A stretch of DNA of 63,990 nt, filler included, from Octopus bimaculoides (taxonomy: Eukaryota), in assembly GCF_001194135.2 (NCBI RefSeq). It is 6 parts of 5 records of this genome, joined end to end, with 100 filler letters (N's around TTAATTAATTAA, not from the genome) between each part and the next. Parts side by side here need not be neighbours in the genome. Positions count along the whole stretch, not along the records: positions 1 to 25,767 come from NC_068984.1; positions 25,868 to 45,885 come from NC_068990.1; 4 more parts are not named here. One strand, given 5' to 3'. The position numbers were made by a program, and so were the translations under genes. Every line of letters begins with the position of its first letter. Positions within the stretch are counted from its first letter, which is position 1. Shown one piece after another: positions 24,347 to 38,699 of the stretch. Under the pieces are notes generated by a model. That model made no database searches. It was not told where the DNA came from and saw only the letters and a list, made by a program, of their open reading frames with translations.

Positions 24347-25645
24347 CTTTTGTACAGCTTCTAACGCTGGAGATGTACTACGGCGTCAGTTGTTCACTAC
24401 CAGTGGACTAAGGTAATACCCCTTATTTTTCGAGCACGATTCAGAGAATTCGAACGACTCCAAGCAGTGCTGTTTTCTGCGAGTGCTCCACACTTATTGC
24501 AGCCCCTATTTGTTCCTTGTACTTCTCAAGAATTATATTCACTGTTCCCAGGGTTCCGAACTTATTGGTACTACTACCACCTTTTTCAGCGGCCACAACT
24601 GCTTAACCTCCCAAACTAACCTGTCATATCTATCACACTTTCTTTTTTCCTTATTGCATACATTTTTGCTAGCTGGGCATGCTATATCTATGATTCAGCA
24701 TAGTTTGTTTTCTTTCTCAATTAAAACTATGTCTCGCTTCCTGTTCTCTATCTCATGGTCGCACTGAATCATAAAATCCCATAGGATCTTTGCATTTCTA
24801 TTTTCGACGATGCCTTCAGGTTTGTGGTCGTACCAAATTTTTGCTCTGTCAAGTCCATACTTGTTGCAGAGTGTCCAATGGACAAGCCTGGCTATATTGT
24901 CGTGGCGTCTCTTATATTCCTTCTGGGCTAGTAGCGTACATTGTCTGGTAATATGCCATACGGTTTCACCGTTTTGACCACAGATTCTGCACTTATCACT
25001 TTCTGCTGTGTTGTGTATTCTGCATTTTATGTAGTTTGTTCTTAGTGCTTGCTCTTGGGCAGCACAGATTAGAGCCTCTGTTTCCGGTTTTAAATCACTT
25101 TTAATCATCCACAGCCATCTTTTTCTCTGTCTCTCTTATCGTCAACATCCCTATTAAACTGACCAAGCATTCTTTTCTTTACCCACCTATTTTCAGTTTG
25201 ATTCGTTTTCAGTTTCTTGTATAGTGCTTTATCTTTGCAATCTTTCATCCTACACAAGCCTGACCTTCTTACTTCTAATAACAGCGGTTCTGTAGGACTT
25301 TTTACATACCATGCTACGTTGTTTTCTTCTGCTCTAATGCTGTGTTCGCATCCAATAAGTCCTCTCCCCCCTCTTTTTCTTGGTACATACAGTTTGTCTG
25401 GGTCACTTTTTGGGTGGAGTGACACATATCTAGTTAGCAACTTCCTTGTCTTTCTTTCTAAGCTGTTTAGTTAGTCTACTGTCCATACGATTACCTCTTC
25501 TCCATATTTAAGGAGTGAAATCGCACAGGTATTGATAGTTTCGATCTTATTCCGTCCGTTTGATTTCGACTTAAGGATTAGTCTCAGTCTGCGCAAGTAT
25601 TCCACCTTAAATTTTTCTATCATTTCTTTCTCCATCGGTTAATGG
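24347..25645 (-). mobile_element. 5'-truncated R4/Dong-type LINE
   Basis: EYLRRLRLILKSK, LHPKSD.DKLYVPRKRGGRGLIG, ICAAQEQALRTNY, CRICGQNGETVWHI, RRHDNIARLVHW and KILWDFMIQCD; (GTT)n at the 3' end and (TTA)n at the 5' end. Confidence 0.93.
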
Positions 25646-25659
25646 AGAAATTATCATCA

Positions 25660-25709
<50 letters not shown>

Positions 25710-27207
25710 GTTCAGTAGTTTTATTTTTATAACGTGCTTTCACTTCACTACCGAGCGCAGCTCTGTGNNNNNNNNNNNNNNNNNNNNNNNNNNNNNNNNN
25801 NNNNNNNNNNNTTAATTAATTAANNNNNNNNNNNNNNNNNNNNNNNNNNNNNNNNNNNNNNNNNNNNTATATATATATATATATGATACATAATTTTAGC
25901 GCTAAGCAGTTTTTAGGCATAAGCAAAATTGAGGTTAGCTCAAATATGTTTGTGACATATTTCCACTGCTAAAAGGCAAATACGCTGCAGTTGCCGTGAA
26001 GAAAATATCTGTCTTATGGTAAAAGGTGTGAAAACACCCGATTTTTTCAGTGTTACCATCTATTAGGAATCCCAGACATCAATGTTTCTTGACTCTTGTC
26101 AATGAGATTTACTTCGAAACATCTGGGATTGCATTATATAATAAGCCTAAAGTTCCTCGTTCATTGTTGATAGGGAAAAAGAATTCTATCTGTATAACCT
26201 CAGAATAGCGTCATCGCATAGTTTAAGATGAAATGAAGCAGCCGTTCTCTGTCGGCAGAAGGAAGTAAATTATATTTGTCCGAAATATTTCGTAAACGAA
26301 ATGTATGCATTTCGTATAAGCGAAATATGTACATATGTACATGCCTTGTAAAAATACTTGTAAATGGTCGACATTTTATGTGCTCGACATCGAAAGTGCT
26401 GCCAAATATTCTGGTTATATTTTGTAATACTTACAATGTTCTAGCTTTTTTAATATGTAAATGAATTGTCTGAAAATGCCCAGTACTATAATGATAGAGC
26501 CTATGAAACTATGTAACTATATATGAAGTTACAAATTGAGATATACTGGGAAACAGCACAATATATCTTCGTAGATATTAAATTCAATACATATTAAATT
26601 TATATTAAAATTGCTGATCAAGACTTTTGTTCCAGAGTCAAGCGTAAAGTTTCACGAGCTTGTTACAATTGTCTTTTTCTAGCAAGCAGTATCGATGTAT
26701 TATAATTTGCGTTTTGTGAGCGAAAACGAAAAAAAGGTATCGTTTTTCGATACTTCGCATAAATGAAATTCTGTGTGACTGAACAAATATGAAAACGATA
26801 TGTATAATTACTGATATTTGCGTAGGAGTAACTATATATAACTAGCATTTTAATCTATCAAAATTCTTGGAGTACATACGGATAAGTACTGTAATGCACA
26901 ATATTATGACAAGATCTATGTAAATGTATGCACAGATATACATTTAAATATAGTGACGAACAGCATAAGGTATACTCGGAAATATTAAATAGATTTTTTT
27001 TATTGCAAATGCTCCGTGTTTATTCGGTTTATAGAAAAACGACACCCATTTCATCTGTTACCCGTTTCACTCTCCCTTGAACTATAATAAGTAGTGGATA
27101 CGTGCATATAAAATTGTTAATGATAATCGGGGCAGTTGAAACAGAAAGTACAGACGCAGGTACACACATCTATGCAAGTATTAGATACACACACACGCAC
27201 TCACACA

Positions 27208-27239
<32 letters not shown>

Positions 27240-27473
27240 AGTACACAGACACAAACACACACATACAACAAGAAAATATAACATATATATATTCGTAACA
27301 TACGCAACATGTTTCGTAGAGGTACATAGTGTCTTCATAAGGTTAGATTAATATTCTGCAATTTATTACACGGTTTTGTTCTCAAATTATATATAACAAT
27401 ACCATGCAGACAAAGGTGAAGATGAAGTATGAAGTTTCTTGTGAAGAATGCTTGGTAGCAGCAGCCGCAGCAA

Positions 27474-27522
<49 letters not shown>

Positions 27523-28041
27523 GGTGGTGGTGGTGGTGGTGGCTGTTGTCATAGCTATCTCGATGAAATATTACATTGTCATAAGATAGTATGGACTGTT
27601 CACTAACTCACTGATTATTTCGGATTCAACTGAAGAATTGCTCTCCACGTTATAATAAATGGTAGGATACATTAAACTAGTTTTTCATTGAGAGTGTTAT
27701 CTCTACCAGAGAATTATAGGTTAGCATTAAATCCTTAGCAGACCAAGTTATTAGTTTTTCGCAATCATATTTTCGTTTCGATATTGTTGTAAAGAATTAA
27801 ATAAGGTTTGTTTTGTATATTATGAATTTCTAGATGCAATACGCCTGAAGAGAAAATTGGTTGGTCAGGACTAAAATGCATTTGATTACAGGTCTACATA
27901 ATGGAGGTTAATGAAAAAACATCCGAAACAATAAACTATTAAAGAGCTTTCTTCATAGATCAAAGCTCATACTTGATCTTCATTTCGTATATGTGTCTCA
28001 CAGACTATGTACGTAGCTGTCATGAGTTTTATTTTGTTCCA

Positions 28042-28412
28042 GAGGTTCCAGTGGTTACGGTAGCGAACTCGTTGTCATAGGATTGCGGTTTCGGTTCCCA
28101 GACCGGGCGTTGTTAGTGCTTATTGAGCGAAACCCCTAAAGCTCCACAAGGCTCCGGTAGGGGGTGGTGGTGGACCCTGCTGTACTCTTTCACCACAACT
28201 TTCTCTCACTCTTACTTCTTGTTTCTGTTGTACCTGTATTTCAAAAGGCCAGCCTTGTCACACTGTGTCATGCTGAATCTCCCCGAGAACTACGTTAAGG
28301 GTACACGTGTCTGTGGAGTGCTCAGCCACTTGCACGCTAGTTTCACAAGCAGGCAGTTGCGTTGATCGGATGAACTAGAACCCTCATCGTCGTAACCGAC
28401 GGAATGCCAACA
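28042..28412 (+). mobile_element. SINE family C
   Basis: Aligns with 7498-7925 and 48507-48894. Confidence 0.88.
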
Positions 28413-28832
28413 CATTCAGTAAAAACAAGTAAAACTGTTTCCTATCTCACCATATTGAGAAATAATGATGTCGTTGCTTTAGTACTCTATCTACTTATTC
28501 TCTGCTACACCAAGTCTTCGAGGGAACTGATACGAATATTTTTGGGAGATTCAGGTGTACGATTTTATCGGGTATGATACACAAAACTAACTTAGAGAAA
28601 CTTCTAGCAACTTGGGCGAAATGTTCTTTTCTACTTCAATCATTACAATCACTCATGTTCCTTCTTGGGTATCTTTACTGTATTTATTTGCTTGTACTGT
28701 TGGTATAGTTACTAAATTTAACTTCGGTTTTGCTATTTCCATTATTGTGACAACTGATTTTTCTGCAGTTTCTACCATTGCTAATGGTCGGAAACTAGCA
28801 CCCCCCACTCACACATCGACACACACAAATAC

Positions 28833-28869
<37 letters not shown>

Positions 28870-29549
28870 NNNNNNNNNNNNNNNNNNNNNNNNNNNNNNN
28901 NNNNNNNNNNNNNNNNNNNNNNNNNNNNNNNNNNNNNNATATATAAATATATATATATATATACGCACATACATCTACATATATACATACATACACACAC
29001 AAATACATACATATATATGTGTATGTACATACATATATGCGTACAAGTGCGGACGGTGTTTGTATATATGCACATATATATATGTATTAAAAACATGAAT
29101 GAGAGTATGAAAACACCATGTACATTCCTCAATAACTAAACAACAACAATAACAATCATGGTAATTTCAATTTATCAACTTTATCACCTCACACATCTCT
29201 CTTCTTTCATCTCAAAATAGTTATACATTATTTATGTCATGTCTTGTACTCTCATTTTCCCTCCCATCCTGCTTGTTCATTTTACTAACACTTCATCTTT
29301 GTGCTACAACCGTTCCCTTATATTCTACTGCCTTTCTTCTTTCTGCGCATAAATCAGTAACTCAAACTTTCCCACTCTCTCTATCTCTCCCCATCTCTCC
29401 TCTGCCTTTCCCTCCGTTGCCAATTTGTATTTAGAGAGAGTTCAGCATTAGAAACGCGAACACGATACAGAAAAAAAGAGTGAAAGGCCTGTTTTTTCTC
29501 GGGAGTAATGTATATTAAAGTATCATTACTACTTCGAAAACCTTTCCTT

Positions 29550-29591
<42 letters not shown>

Positions 29592-31456
29592 ATATTTTGC
29601 CCTCTCCTCCTCTTCCCAACTCTTCTTTTTTTTCTCCGATTCCCATCTACTTTTACCTCTCTTTTTTATACATCCTCCCGAATATTTCACTCCTCACTAT
29701 ACTTTCCACTGAGCTCTATTTTTTCTCAACACTCCTTGTTTCTCTCTCTATTCTATCATTGCACTCTCTTTCTGCAATTCTCCTACACATATTACAAACA
29801 TATTCAATCTCCCTCCCTCCCGCCCTCTCTTGCATTCAGTCTTCTGTTCTGCTATGTACACTAATTTCTTTGTCTATGTATATCTCTCACGCTCACCCCC
29901 ATTCTTACTCTATACTCTCTATATTCTCGTCTCTCTTTATATTTCTCTGTTCCATTTCCTGATAGGAATATTGATTAAAAACACAAAATAATAACCAATA
30001 TTATCTTGCCAAAGAGAAAACTCATTTTAAACATAAAACTACAAACAAAAATTTAAATGATAAAACAAACGCCAGAAAATATATTAAAGAAAAGTTATGT
30101 GAAATAAAAAAAATTCCAGAAATTAAAACGAAAACCCCTCAAAATGAGCCCATCACTATCAGCACAAATGGTTTTTCTGGATATTGTTTGTTTACTTAAA
30201 ATTTTCAGTCATTTATCATTACAATTTTGTTTTTGTATTCAGTACAATCTTTCATAAAAATTGCGGTCAATGGAATATATAGGCTAAATCGAACCATAAA
30301 TATGATTAAAATTATACACACAACCAAACAGAACCAGTAGATAGAAACAGGAAATATTATATACGGTAATATACGCAGATAAAAGTATACTTGCATATTT
30401 ATGCACACGTTGATACACGAACACAAAAGTCTATAAAACACAAACATTAAAAACAGAAACACGTTAAACTATGCCCCACATATATTTGCGCTCCAACACG
30501 CACACTCAAATACACATATTTGAGTTTGTGTGTATGTTTGTATGCATGTAAAAATACAAACTTAAAATGCTTGTAGAAGGAAAGAGTATGTGAAGGTTTG
30601 TAAAAGTGAGTTTAAAGTTTCAGTTTAAGTTAGTTACATGCATCAGTGTGCATGAGTATATTTGAAAGTGTAGCAATTTAAAAATATATGTATATAGCAT
30701 TAGATATGCCGTCAATTAGTGTCTGTAGTTCATGAATTTAATTAGTCTGTGCATAAAGAAAACGACAAAGAAATAAATGATTGTAAACTATAATGGAAAT
30801 CGAAAATCTAAACAAACAATAAATGAATTTCATACACAGTTTGAAACAAATTGCAGACTGACTTTTAGAAAACAAAATGGCAGAACAAAAAAGGATAAAA
30901 CAATCATCTGGAAATACGCAAATAATTTCAAATATTGACTTTGTTTCATATATGGGTACATTGAACTATCTGCACTTGTAGAAAACGTCATAGAAGCCTC
31001 CATAGTTCAACTTATTTGAAGAAGTGTAAAATTTGGGTTTCAGGATCAGCTCCTCGACTCCCATTCACGTTTTCAGACGAAGGGTGAGTGTTCGAAACGT
31101 TATATTCTGTCTTCGTATGTTTTATCACGGTGTCCACACTCCGTGAACTCACTTTTGAACACTTCTAGTTCAGTTTGCCTCTTATCCTGAATTTTAACTT
31201 ACTTAGTATATGTCGATGTATTATACAATATGTGTGTTTGTGAGTGTGTTTGTTTGTGCGTGTGTATCTGTTAATACATGAACATAATCATACCATTTGT
31301 TCGTATTTGAACATAAACGTACTATTTGTTCTCTAAATTGAAAATATTTCATGTTGTACGAATCTGTATACGTGCTTATGTTTTGTGTTTGTAAGAATCT
31401 GAGTGTGTGCATGTATGTATGTTAGTTCTACGTGTATGTGCTTCTATAAGTATATA

Positions 31457-31825
31457 CTATGTGGTATCAAAACGTTTCCGGATTAGTTATGTAGCGCGCC
31501 AACAAATGTCTGCACACTGCTGCGTGTGCAGTAAACACTAGCAGTGACTGTCATGAGGCAGTGCGACGAGTGACATCGCTGTCTTTACTTTGCAAATAGT
31601 GATATCTGTGTTTTTGTGATCACGTGTATGCTGTAGTCTGTGATTTTGTAATGAACAAGAAGTTGGAACAACGTGAAATTTGCGTTAAACTTGGGAAGTC
31701 TGCTACAGCGACAATGAGCACGCGTCGACAAGCTTTCAGCGACGAACAATGTGTCGTAGTAACGCTTCGAGTGAGACGGGTGCTTCAAAAGCGGAAGGAC
31801 GTCCCCGGAAGACGATGAGCGATTT
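31457..31825 (+). mobile_element. mariner-type DNA transposon, 5' fragment
   Basis: MNKKLEQR...ICVKLGKSAT.T...RQAFSDE, a decayed mariner N-terminal HTH region. Confidence 0.75.
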
Positions 31826-32621
31826 GAAAGACATGTCACGAACACTCGCTCCACCGGAAATGTGGAGAAATTGTAACAGCTTGTGCATCAGGATTGCCAG
31901 CTTATGCATCAGGATTGTCAGCTTGAGCATCAGGATTCTAATGCTACTGTTATGACCTCTTTCCTTGCCCCATCACCCAAGCACTTTTGAATCTATCGTC
32001 TCTCACCATTACTCTCTGCGTCCAACTGTCTAGGTCATACATTAGCCATTACATCTTGTCATTCGGAGAGCAGCGGTTTCCTGAAATTCCACCTCGTTTA
32101 CGTTTTTACTGCGGGTGTCGACTTGTGTGTGTATGCGTGTGCGCGTTTGTGTGTGCATTTTCATGCGTGTATATGTACATATATGTCTGTATATACGTAT
32201 GTAGATGTGCATGTATGTTTGTATGCAAATATCATACTTATAGACATAGTTGACTTGGTATTGCACTTCACTAGAAAAATACTTATTGAAATGTACACAA
32301 AGAAATTATTGATAAAATACATTCTAAATTTGAATGAATAGCAATAAAACTAATCTTCTATACAACGAACTTCACAACACTTAATCGTGATGCGAATATA
32401 TTAAAATGGTAAATTAAATGTGAACTTATCTAATCCATTCTGACAAACACAGATTTATTTCTACTGTAATCATTTACATAATCATAATTAAAAATCATTA
32501 GATAGAGTATAATATTTTCAGAGACCCATAGTTACTTTGAAGACCTCTGCGTTATGTTGAAATTATCATAAAACCATATATCCGTTTTAGGTGTAGAAAT
32601 TGGAACCCGTTTCATTATATA

Positions 32622-32907
32622 TGAGGTCTGATCAACAAGTATCCGGACTATTGCTATAGTAACGAAACTAAAGCACACAGAGTAAAGCCGCTTGGCACAG
32701 ATTGATTTTAAACTTTGCTGTGCATGCGAACAAAGTTTTAATGTTTTAGCTCACTTTCGCTGTTTACAGCAGTGCTTTGAAGGAAGGTGTGTAACGAGTG
32801 ATCGTCGTAGTGAACATGACAGAGAAAGTTGAGCTGAGAATCTGCATTAAATTTTACCAAATGCTTTGCGATACCTGCTAAGAGGCCTACGCAAAGTTTT
32901 CAAAAAG
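32622..32907 (+). mobile_element. mariner-type transposon 5' end
   Basis: TA|TGAGGTCTGATCAACAAGTATCCGGACT terminus and MTEKVELRICIKF. Confidence 0.75.
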
Positions 32908-33412
32908 TTTTCATCATTCTCGACACAATCAAGGAGATTTTGTGCAACTGAAACCCAAGTGTCCTTTTGGTCAGCTGAAAGCAGTTTTGACACAAATTTG
33001 GCAGACATGCGTCTCATACCCAAATCTTCTGTGATAATGGACTGAACTGAACTGTAACTAATCTACACATCCTCTGATGACGAACGGATGGTGATTCGAA
33101 GACTTGCCCATCACATCTGCACGCACATCTGCGATGTTTTTCTCAGTTTTGCTGGTTGCGCGTCTCCCAGGACATTCGTCAATATCGACATTTCGGCCAT
33201 CTTGGAAACGTCTGAACCACTCGTACACTTGTGTGCTGCTCATACACTCCTCTCCACACACTTTCTGCAACTTTGTAACTTTCCGTAGGCCTCTGAGCTG
33301 GTATTACCATGAAAACTTTCTCTGTCATGGTCAATGCGAAGATCACACGCTACACAACTTTCTTCCAAGCACTGCTGTAAACAGCAGAAGTGAACTAGAA
33401 CGTTAAAACTTA
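32908..33412 (-). mobile_element. Second copy of the same mariner family, inverted
   Basis: QKVCGEECMSSTQVYEWFRRFQDGR...PGR and ITEDLGMRRMSAKFV.KLLS; its leader matches 32745-32830 in reverse complement. Confidence 0.82.
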
Positions 33413-34771
33413 GTTAATATTTGCCAAGCGTCTTCACTCTACGTGAGGTAAACGTATCCTTTCATTCTTCCTGTGTCGGTAAATTAATGTACCAGTCAAA
33501 TATTGGGGTTGATTCTTGCTTCTCTCTCTCACTCTCATTCTACCAGGTAAGTTCAGAATTGAAAACTAATGGGATCTAACAAGTTTAAAACGGTCAAGAC
33601 ATGCATATATGAATGCGATGGCCAAATGGATTTGAATGGATTACATTTCATTTTACACAAATTTGTGAATATTGTAAAGGTACCTCTGAAATATCTTTTC
33701 GCACACTCCGAAGAGGCAACATTAATTCGCTTTTTCGAGCTATGAAATGTATAATTATTTAATTATTTATTTTATATAGATTTTCAAAATATATCATTAC
33801 TAAAAATAAATAATGCATGCGTCCTGATTTTTCAAAAATCGCAAAACATTGATATTAAATATATTCCAGTTTTAAATTTAATTCTGTCACAGAGTCAGTA
33901 AAGTTACTGACCGTCCACAGTACTCTATTCCACACCTATTACTTCTTTGTAAATTGCTAGCCTTAAGTGAAATTTTAAAAAATCGATATTAATGTACTAA
34001 TCGTGGTGCGTATAATTTTCGCTATTATTGGAAATTTCACAAAATATGTTTTATATCACACTTGCATTGCAAATATTTTATTTGCATAAGAATAAAGCTA
34101 ATTAAAAAATGGGAATACACTCAGTTATACAAACAATTTCTCAAGGAATATATATCCTGAAACTGACGTGATATTGTGTGTTCTTAAATAGATTTAATAT
34201 ATATTGTTTATTATTATATTATTAGGCTTTATATTTTTGTAGAAAACCTAATATTTGCGTCACACCAATTTTGACGAGATAGCGTCCAAGTTAAAAACGT
34301 GGAGTACAAAATTTGAGATTGTAATAAGGCTGGCTCTTTGTCACCAAGAACTACTAAGACGTAGTGTGAGAATTAAATAATATATTATTACGAAAAAGCT
34401 ATAACCAACGTTTGGTGCTGAGACACTTTTAGCATAGTCACTTGCCCAGGTTCCTTCACTTCTATTTGATACTTAACTTTAAAATTCTGAATATGCTAGA
34501 GGAAGACCCCATATAGACTGACTTCTAAGAAAAATTGTTCTCAAGAAATTTCGGCGAACGCCAGAATAGAAAGCAAGCAAGACAAATGAAAAGATACAAA
34601 ATTTGGTGATAAGCCACATACCTAAATTTCATTGTTACCATTTACATTACGTAAATGTCCGCAAATGATCAGTGTGACCGCCATGGAAAATATAATTCAG
34701 AGAACTATACACGAGACATCCTGACAAGAAGTCTCCTGTTAAGGTCATCTCTTTTGTGTATGAATGTAGAC

Positions 34772-34817
<46 letters not shown>

Positions 34818-37584
34818 CGAATGTTTGTATGGAGCTCATACTAACCTTTTTTATGCTCTCTGTCCATAATGTACATATGCATGAATATGTGAAGCTTCGT
34901 ATTTATTTTATCATCCGTGTTCGCTGGGAAATTACATATTCACTAATGTCTATAAATTTATACAGAAGTTCTACATGTGCGAATACCTAGATGGTTGAGC
35001 ATGTATATCAAGGCAAGAGTAACAACGTTGAGCCATGTAGGTGTTTAGAGTTTATTCTACTACGATAATTCCATGATATGTTATAAATGAAGCCGATAAT
35101 GTGATAACCTATTTCTGAAGTATTTGACAGTCATAAAGATACCATAACACAAGCACGTCTGTAATCGTTTGCTAAGAAACTCAGAAAAGCACAATTTCTT
35201 ATGCACGTTTCCACACACACATATCACTTTTGTCTTACGGTTGTTTGAAGCATAACCATAAGGTTGCTGCTTCAAATCTTGGATCAGACGGTGAGTTCTG
35301 TCCTTATGCAAGGCATTTTATTTCACTTTACTTTGGTCTACTTAATTGTAACAAGTATAGCTGGGTACTGGAATATCTCTCCCTCACTCCCCTTTTAGCT
35401 GTCATAAGTTGGTTGTTCCGTTTTGTGAGTGGTGAGACGAACCGAGGAATTTTCTCTGTGTGCTCATGATTGTATAGATATCTGATGCAAGAAGCGAAAG
35501 CATAGTACGTGTTATGAAACCATACTCGCTCGCAAGTGATAGTTAGCTGTACTGTATCGAGGGATTATCGTCCAAAGTTTATTTGACTTGCTAATCTAAT
35601 CACAATCGTATCCTATCGTCTTAAAACACCAATGACATATTCGTTAATGCAAGGCTAAATATTATTTATATAAAAAAAGAAATAAAAAGAATGAATGATT
35701 ACGGTTGGATCATACTTGATAATATGCGAGTCTGGGTCACAAACGTAAAATTCAAAAGTAAGACCACTTTAATTAAGTAGCTGATGTCATAATATATTGT
35801 AATTTAAGAAAATCTTTATTTTAGGTGTTTTTTTTCAAAGACTCTCCGTGTTTTATTATTCATTTATATCTTTTTCTTTTCTTTCAGGTGCTACATTTTC
35901 TAGCAATAATAAATCATGTAGAGTTACATCATGTTAAGTACATTGTTTAAAGTTATCCTTGGGAAATTTTTCATGTTCCAGTGAAAGGTATCTAAGTCAA
36001 ATCCGAAATAATCGTCATTCTATTATAAGCGAATTACGAGATTTTCGGATTTGATTTAGATTTCATGTCATGTAATCTAACTCAGATGAAACCATATTCC
36101 GAAATGTGAAGTTATCCATAATCTTAACAAATATATCAATACCAATAAACATTTCCATAATCTTAACTTGTGGTTTTATCAATATTCGTTGATGGAACGT
36201 AGTGATAAATAAAAGAGTTTTTTTATTCATTTTGATATCTTGAAATATTTATGCCATAAATCACTATATCTATACATACGTAAGTATATATATATATATA
36301 TATATATTCGACATCTCTCTTGGCCTTGTCAAATCTAAATCTGTTTAAGTACCTTGGCCATGCGCGAACAGCGTAATGTGTTGCAGAGTTTTCTTTCAAT
36401 CGATCATATATTTAAGAGTTATCCTTTCTTATGCATCTCAACATTACTATTCTTTCTAGAGACTTTTGTGTCTAAATTATTTTTCTCTGCGCTCGTAAAA
36501 TAGTTCATGTTGGTTTTATAGTTACAGATTTTGTTTATCTCTAAAGCTTTCATGTGGAATGTATAAGAAGGCTAAATGTATAGCAGATTTTTATCACTTT
36601 AAACTTCTTTCGGTTTACCCACGAAAAATATAACACAAAATTATCTATTCGTATTCTTAGCTATTTCATTGTTCGGAATATTCATGAAAAATTTATGTTA
36701 GGAATATTTTAGTTCATTATATATTTACTTATTAAATTTTCTTAATTATTTTAAAAGATATTTCTTTAGTGATTTAGTTGAATATGCTTTATTGCATAAG
36801 GCACCACAATAACGCTTGCTCAGCAAAAATAACACCCTTTTTGCTAAATCACTGATAACAAAGTAATTCCTTTTCTTTTTGTCACGATATTATTGTAATT
36901 TCGAATTGCTATATCCAGTATAAAACTGGTATTTTCAGTTTAACCATAGAAAATATTCATACAATTAGTTAATCTGTCAATGACTCTATTACATGATACA
37001 ACTCTAAAGTAGTTGTGTATTCCAGTTTTACCAACTACAAAAACATTAAGAACGTTTCGTAACTTCATTTATGTTTATAACAGAGATACTAAATCATTTG
37101 ATATTGATATATATTGATGATTCATTCTATTGCTATAAATTTTAGACGAAAACGGTGTGAGAATTACTATGAGCTGTTCGTCAGTCTGTCTGTATCCCAA
37201 AATTTCATAGTGTTTCCATATTTTACTCTCATACATGTTTATATAAGTACCACTTAAACCTGTTGCAGTTGGGAGGCTAGGCTATGTAAACCAACTTTGC
37301 TACGTGATGCATTTACAGTTAAGCCTCCTGATAAAATACGATGTTTCAGAAAATACAACTTCCATTTGATAATAATTGTTTACATTGAAGGACATGTGAA
37401 TATCATATTCCAACATATCTACTCATCTATCGCAAAAGCTCTGACAACTGTAATCCATTCAGAGCGCATCTGTTCCTCAGGCCAAGGACAATAATTGTTT
37501 CATATACTGATTCAGCAATAACATACCGCGTGTGTAAAGTTGGTGGTGGTGGCTTTCATAATTGCTAGTGCTCAACAGCTAATC

Positions 37585-37830
37585 GTTTATCGACTCAGAA
37601 AGGATGAGAGGCACAGTCGAACTCGGTGGAATCGGAACTAAGAACGGACGAAATGCCTCTAAGCGTGCTAACGATCCCGCCAGTCCGTCGTCGGGTTAAT
37701 AATAATTCTTTCTACAATAGACACAAAGCCTGCAATTTGGGGGTAGAAGGTTAGTGGATGTCATCGACACCAGTGCTTAAATGTTACTAAGCATTTTTCC
37801 CGACGTGCTAACGTTTCTGCCAGCTCAGCA
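37585..37830 (-). mobile_element. Two decayed family A SINEs
   Basis: Reverse-complement heads and cores at about 37585-37692 and 37703-37830. Confidence 0.65.
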
Positions 37831-38699
37831 TTTCAATAATACAAATAACGACTATTACTACTACTAGTAAAAATAATAATACGTATCACAGGCATTACCT
37901 AAACTCGAGAACATACAAAACGCATAACACATAGAGTAGAGCTACTCGGATATAATACAAGATATTGCACATACTCTATGAACATTCTGCTGCGCGCTGC
38001 GATGTAGTCAGAACACGTAAACCTGTAAATTGTAAAGAAATATTAGGAATGATGATAATAATATATGGTTGAGTTTAAAATATTTCCATAGGAACACAAT
38101 GATTTAGAATATGTATTAAAAATTGTTAATAAATTACATGAAAATATGTATGGTATAAGATATGTTTGCCAATGCTATTACAAGGCGGGGTAAACGAAGC
38201 AGAACTAAGAATATTAAATTATATAGACAGCAAAACCAGAGATCTAACCATATCGCGCCTATATACATACATAATAATAGACAGAACTAATAAGATACAA
38301 CATAGAATTGAAGAAGAAGGAATGAATATTACGGAAAAACCTAATGTTAAAAATTAAACTCGAGGATAGATGTAATACAATAAATATAGATGCAGTCGTC
38401 ATCTTAATTATAAAAATCAGCTCCAAATTAATAATTTGGTAGTTCAATGAATTAAAAATGCTTGCGCAGAAAAACAAGAAAATACTAATAGCGTTTGGAA
38501 GCCGTCCGCACGCAAAGCTGGTATAGGTAGTATATACATGTCTTGAATAGAGAGGACTGCATCTGGCCTAGATAAAGAAGTGAAGTGCATTACAAAGAAA
38601 CAATAAAGGGCGTAAATAAACTGAAAGCAAGCAAATAAGAATTGATTATTGCAATATGGAAACAATGACAGTGTCACAAGCATTTTCTGTATGTATAAG

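Noticed and set aside
25812-25823. TTAATTAATTAA islands centred in N runs (also 45930, 50646, 57703, 62931)
   Set aside because: The same 12-mer between 44-N blocks, with stops in all six frames, is an assembly gap filler and not biology.
28612-28800. Hydrophobic plus-strand ORF as a possible transporter exon
   Set aside because: No diagnostic motif; hydrophobic residues are expected from T-rich sequence.
31074-31102. Hammerhead-like CAGACGA...CGAAACGTT
   Set aside because: The core is mutated (CAGA for CUGA), stem II is weak and there is no stem I pairing; at most a dead relic.
31877-31940. 21-bp unit x3 (also the 11-bp x3 near 857-888 and a 24-bp duplication at 56350-56392) as CRISPR-like or coding repeats
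   Set aside because: The units are contiguous with no unique spacers and no cas genes; these are ordinary minisatellites in eukaryotic DNA.
35230-35469. Plus-strand ORF with a hydrophobic stretch resembling SLC22 TM5-6 (KYSWVLEYLSLTPLLAVISWLF)
   Set aside because: Opposite strand to the gene, no ES.RWL motif and no convincing splice sites.
35870-35937. Strong-looking plus-strand acceptor (TTTTTCTTTTCTTTCAG)
   Set aside because: The most natural frame closes after about 16 codons and no partner exons were found; such tracts are common in AT-rich DNA.
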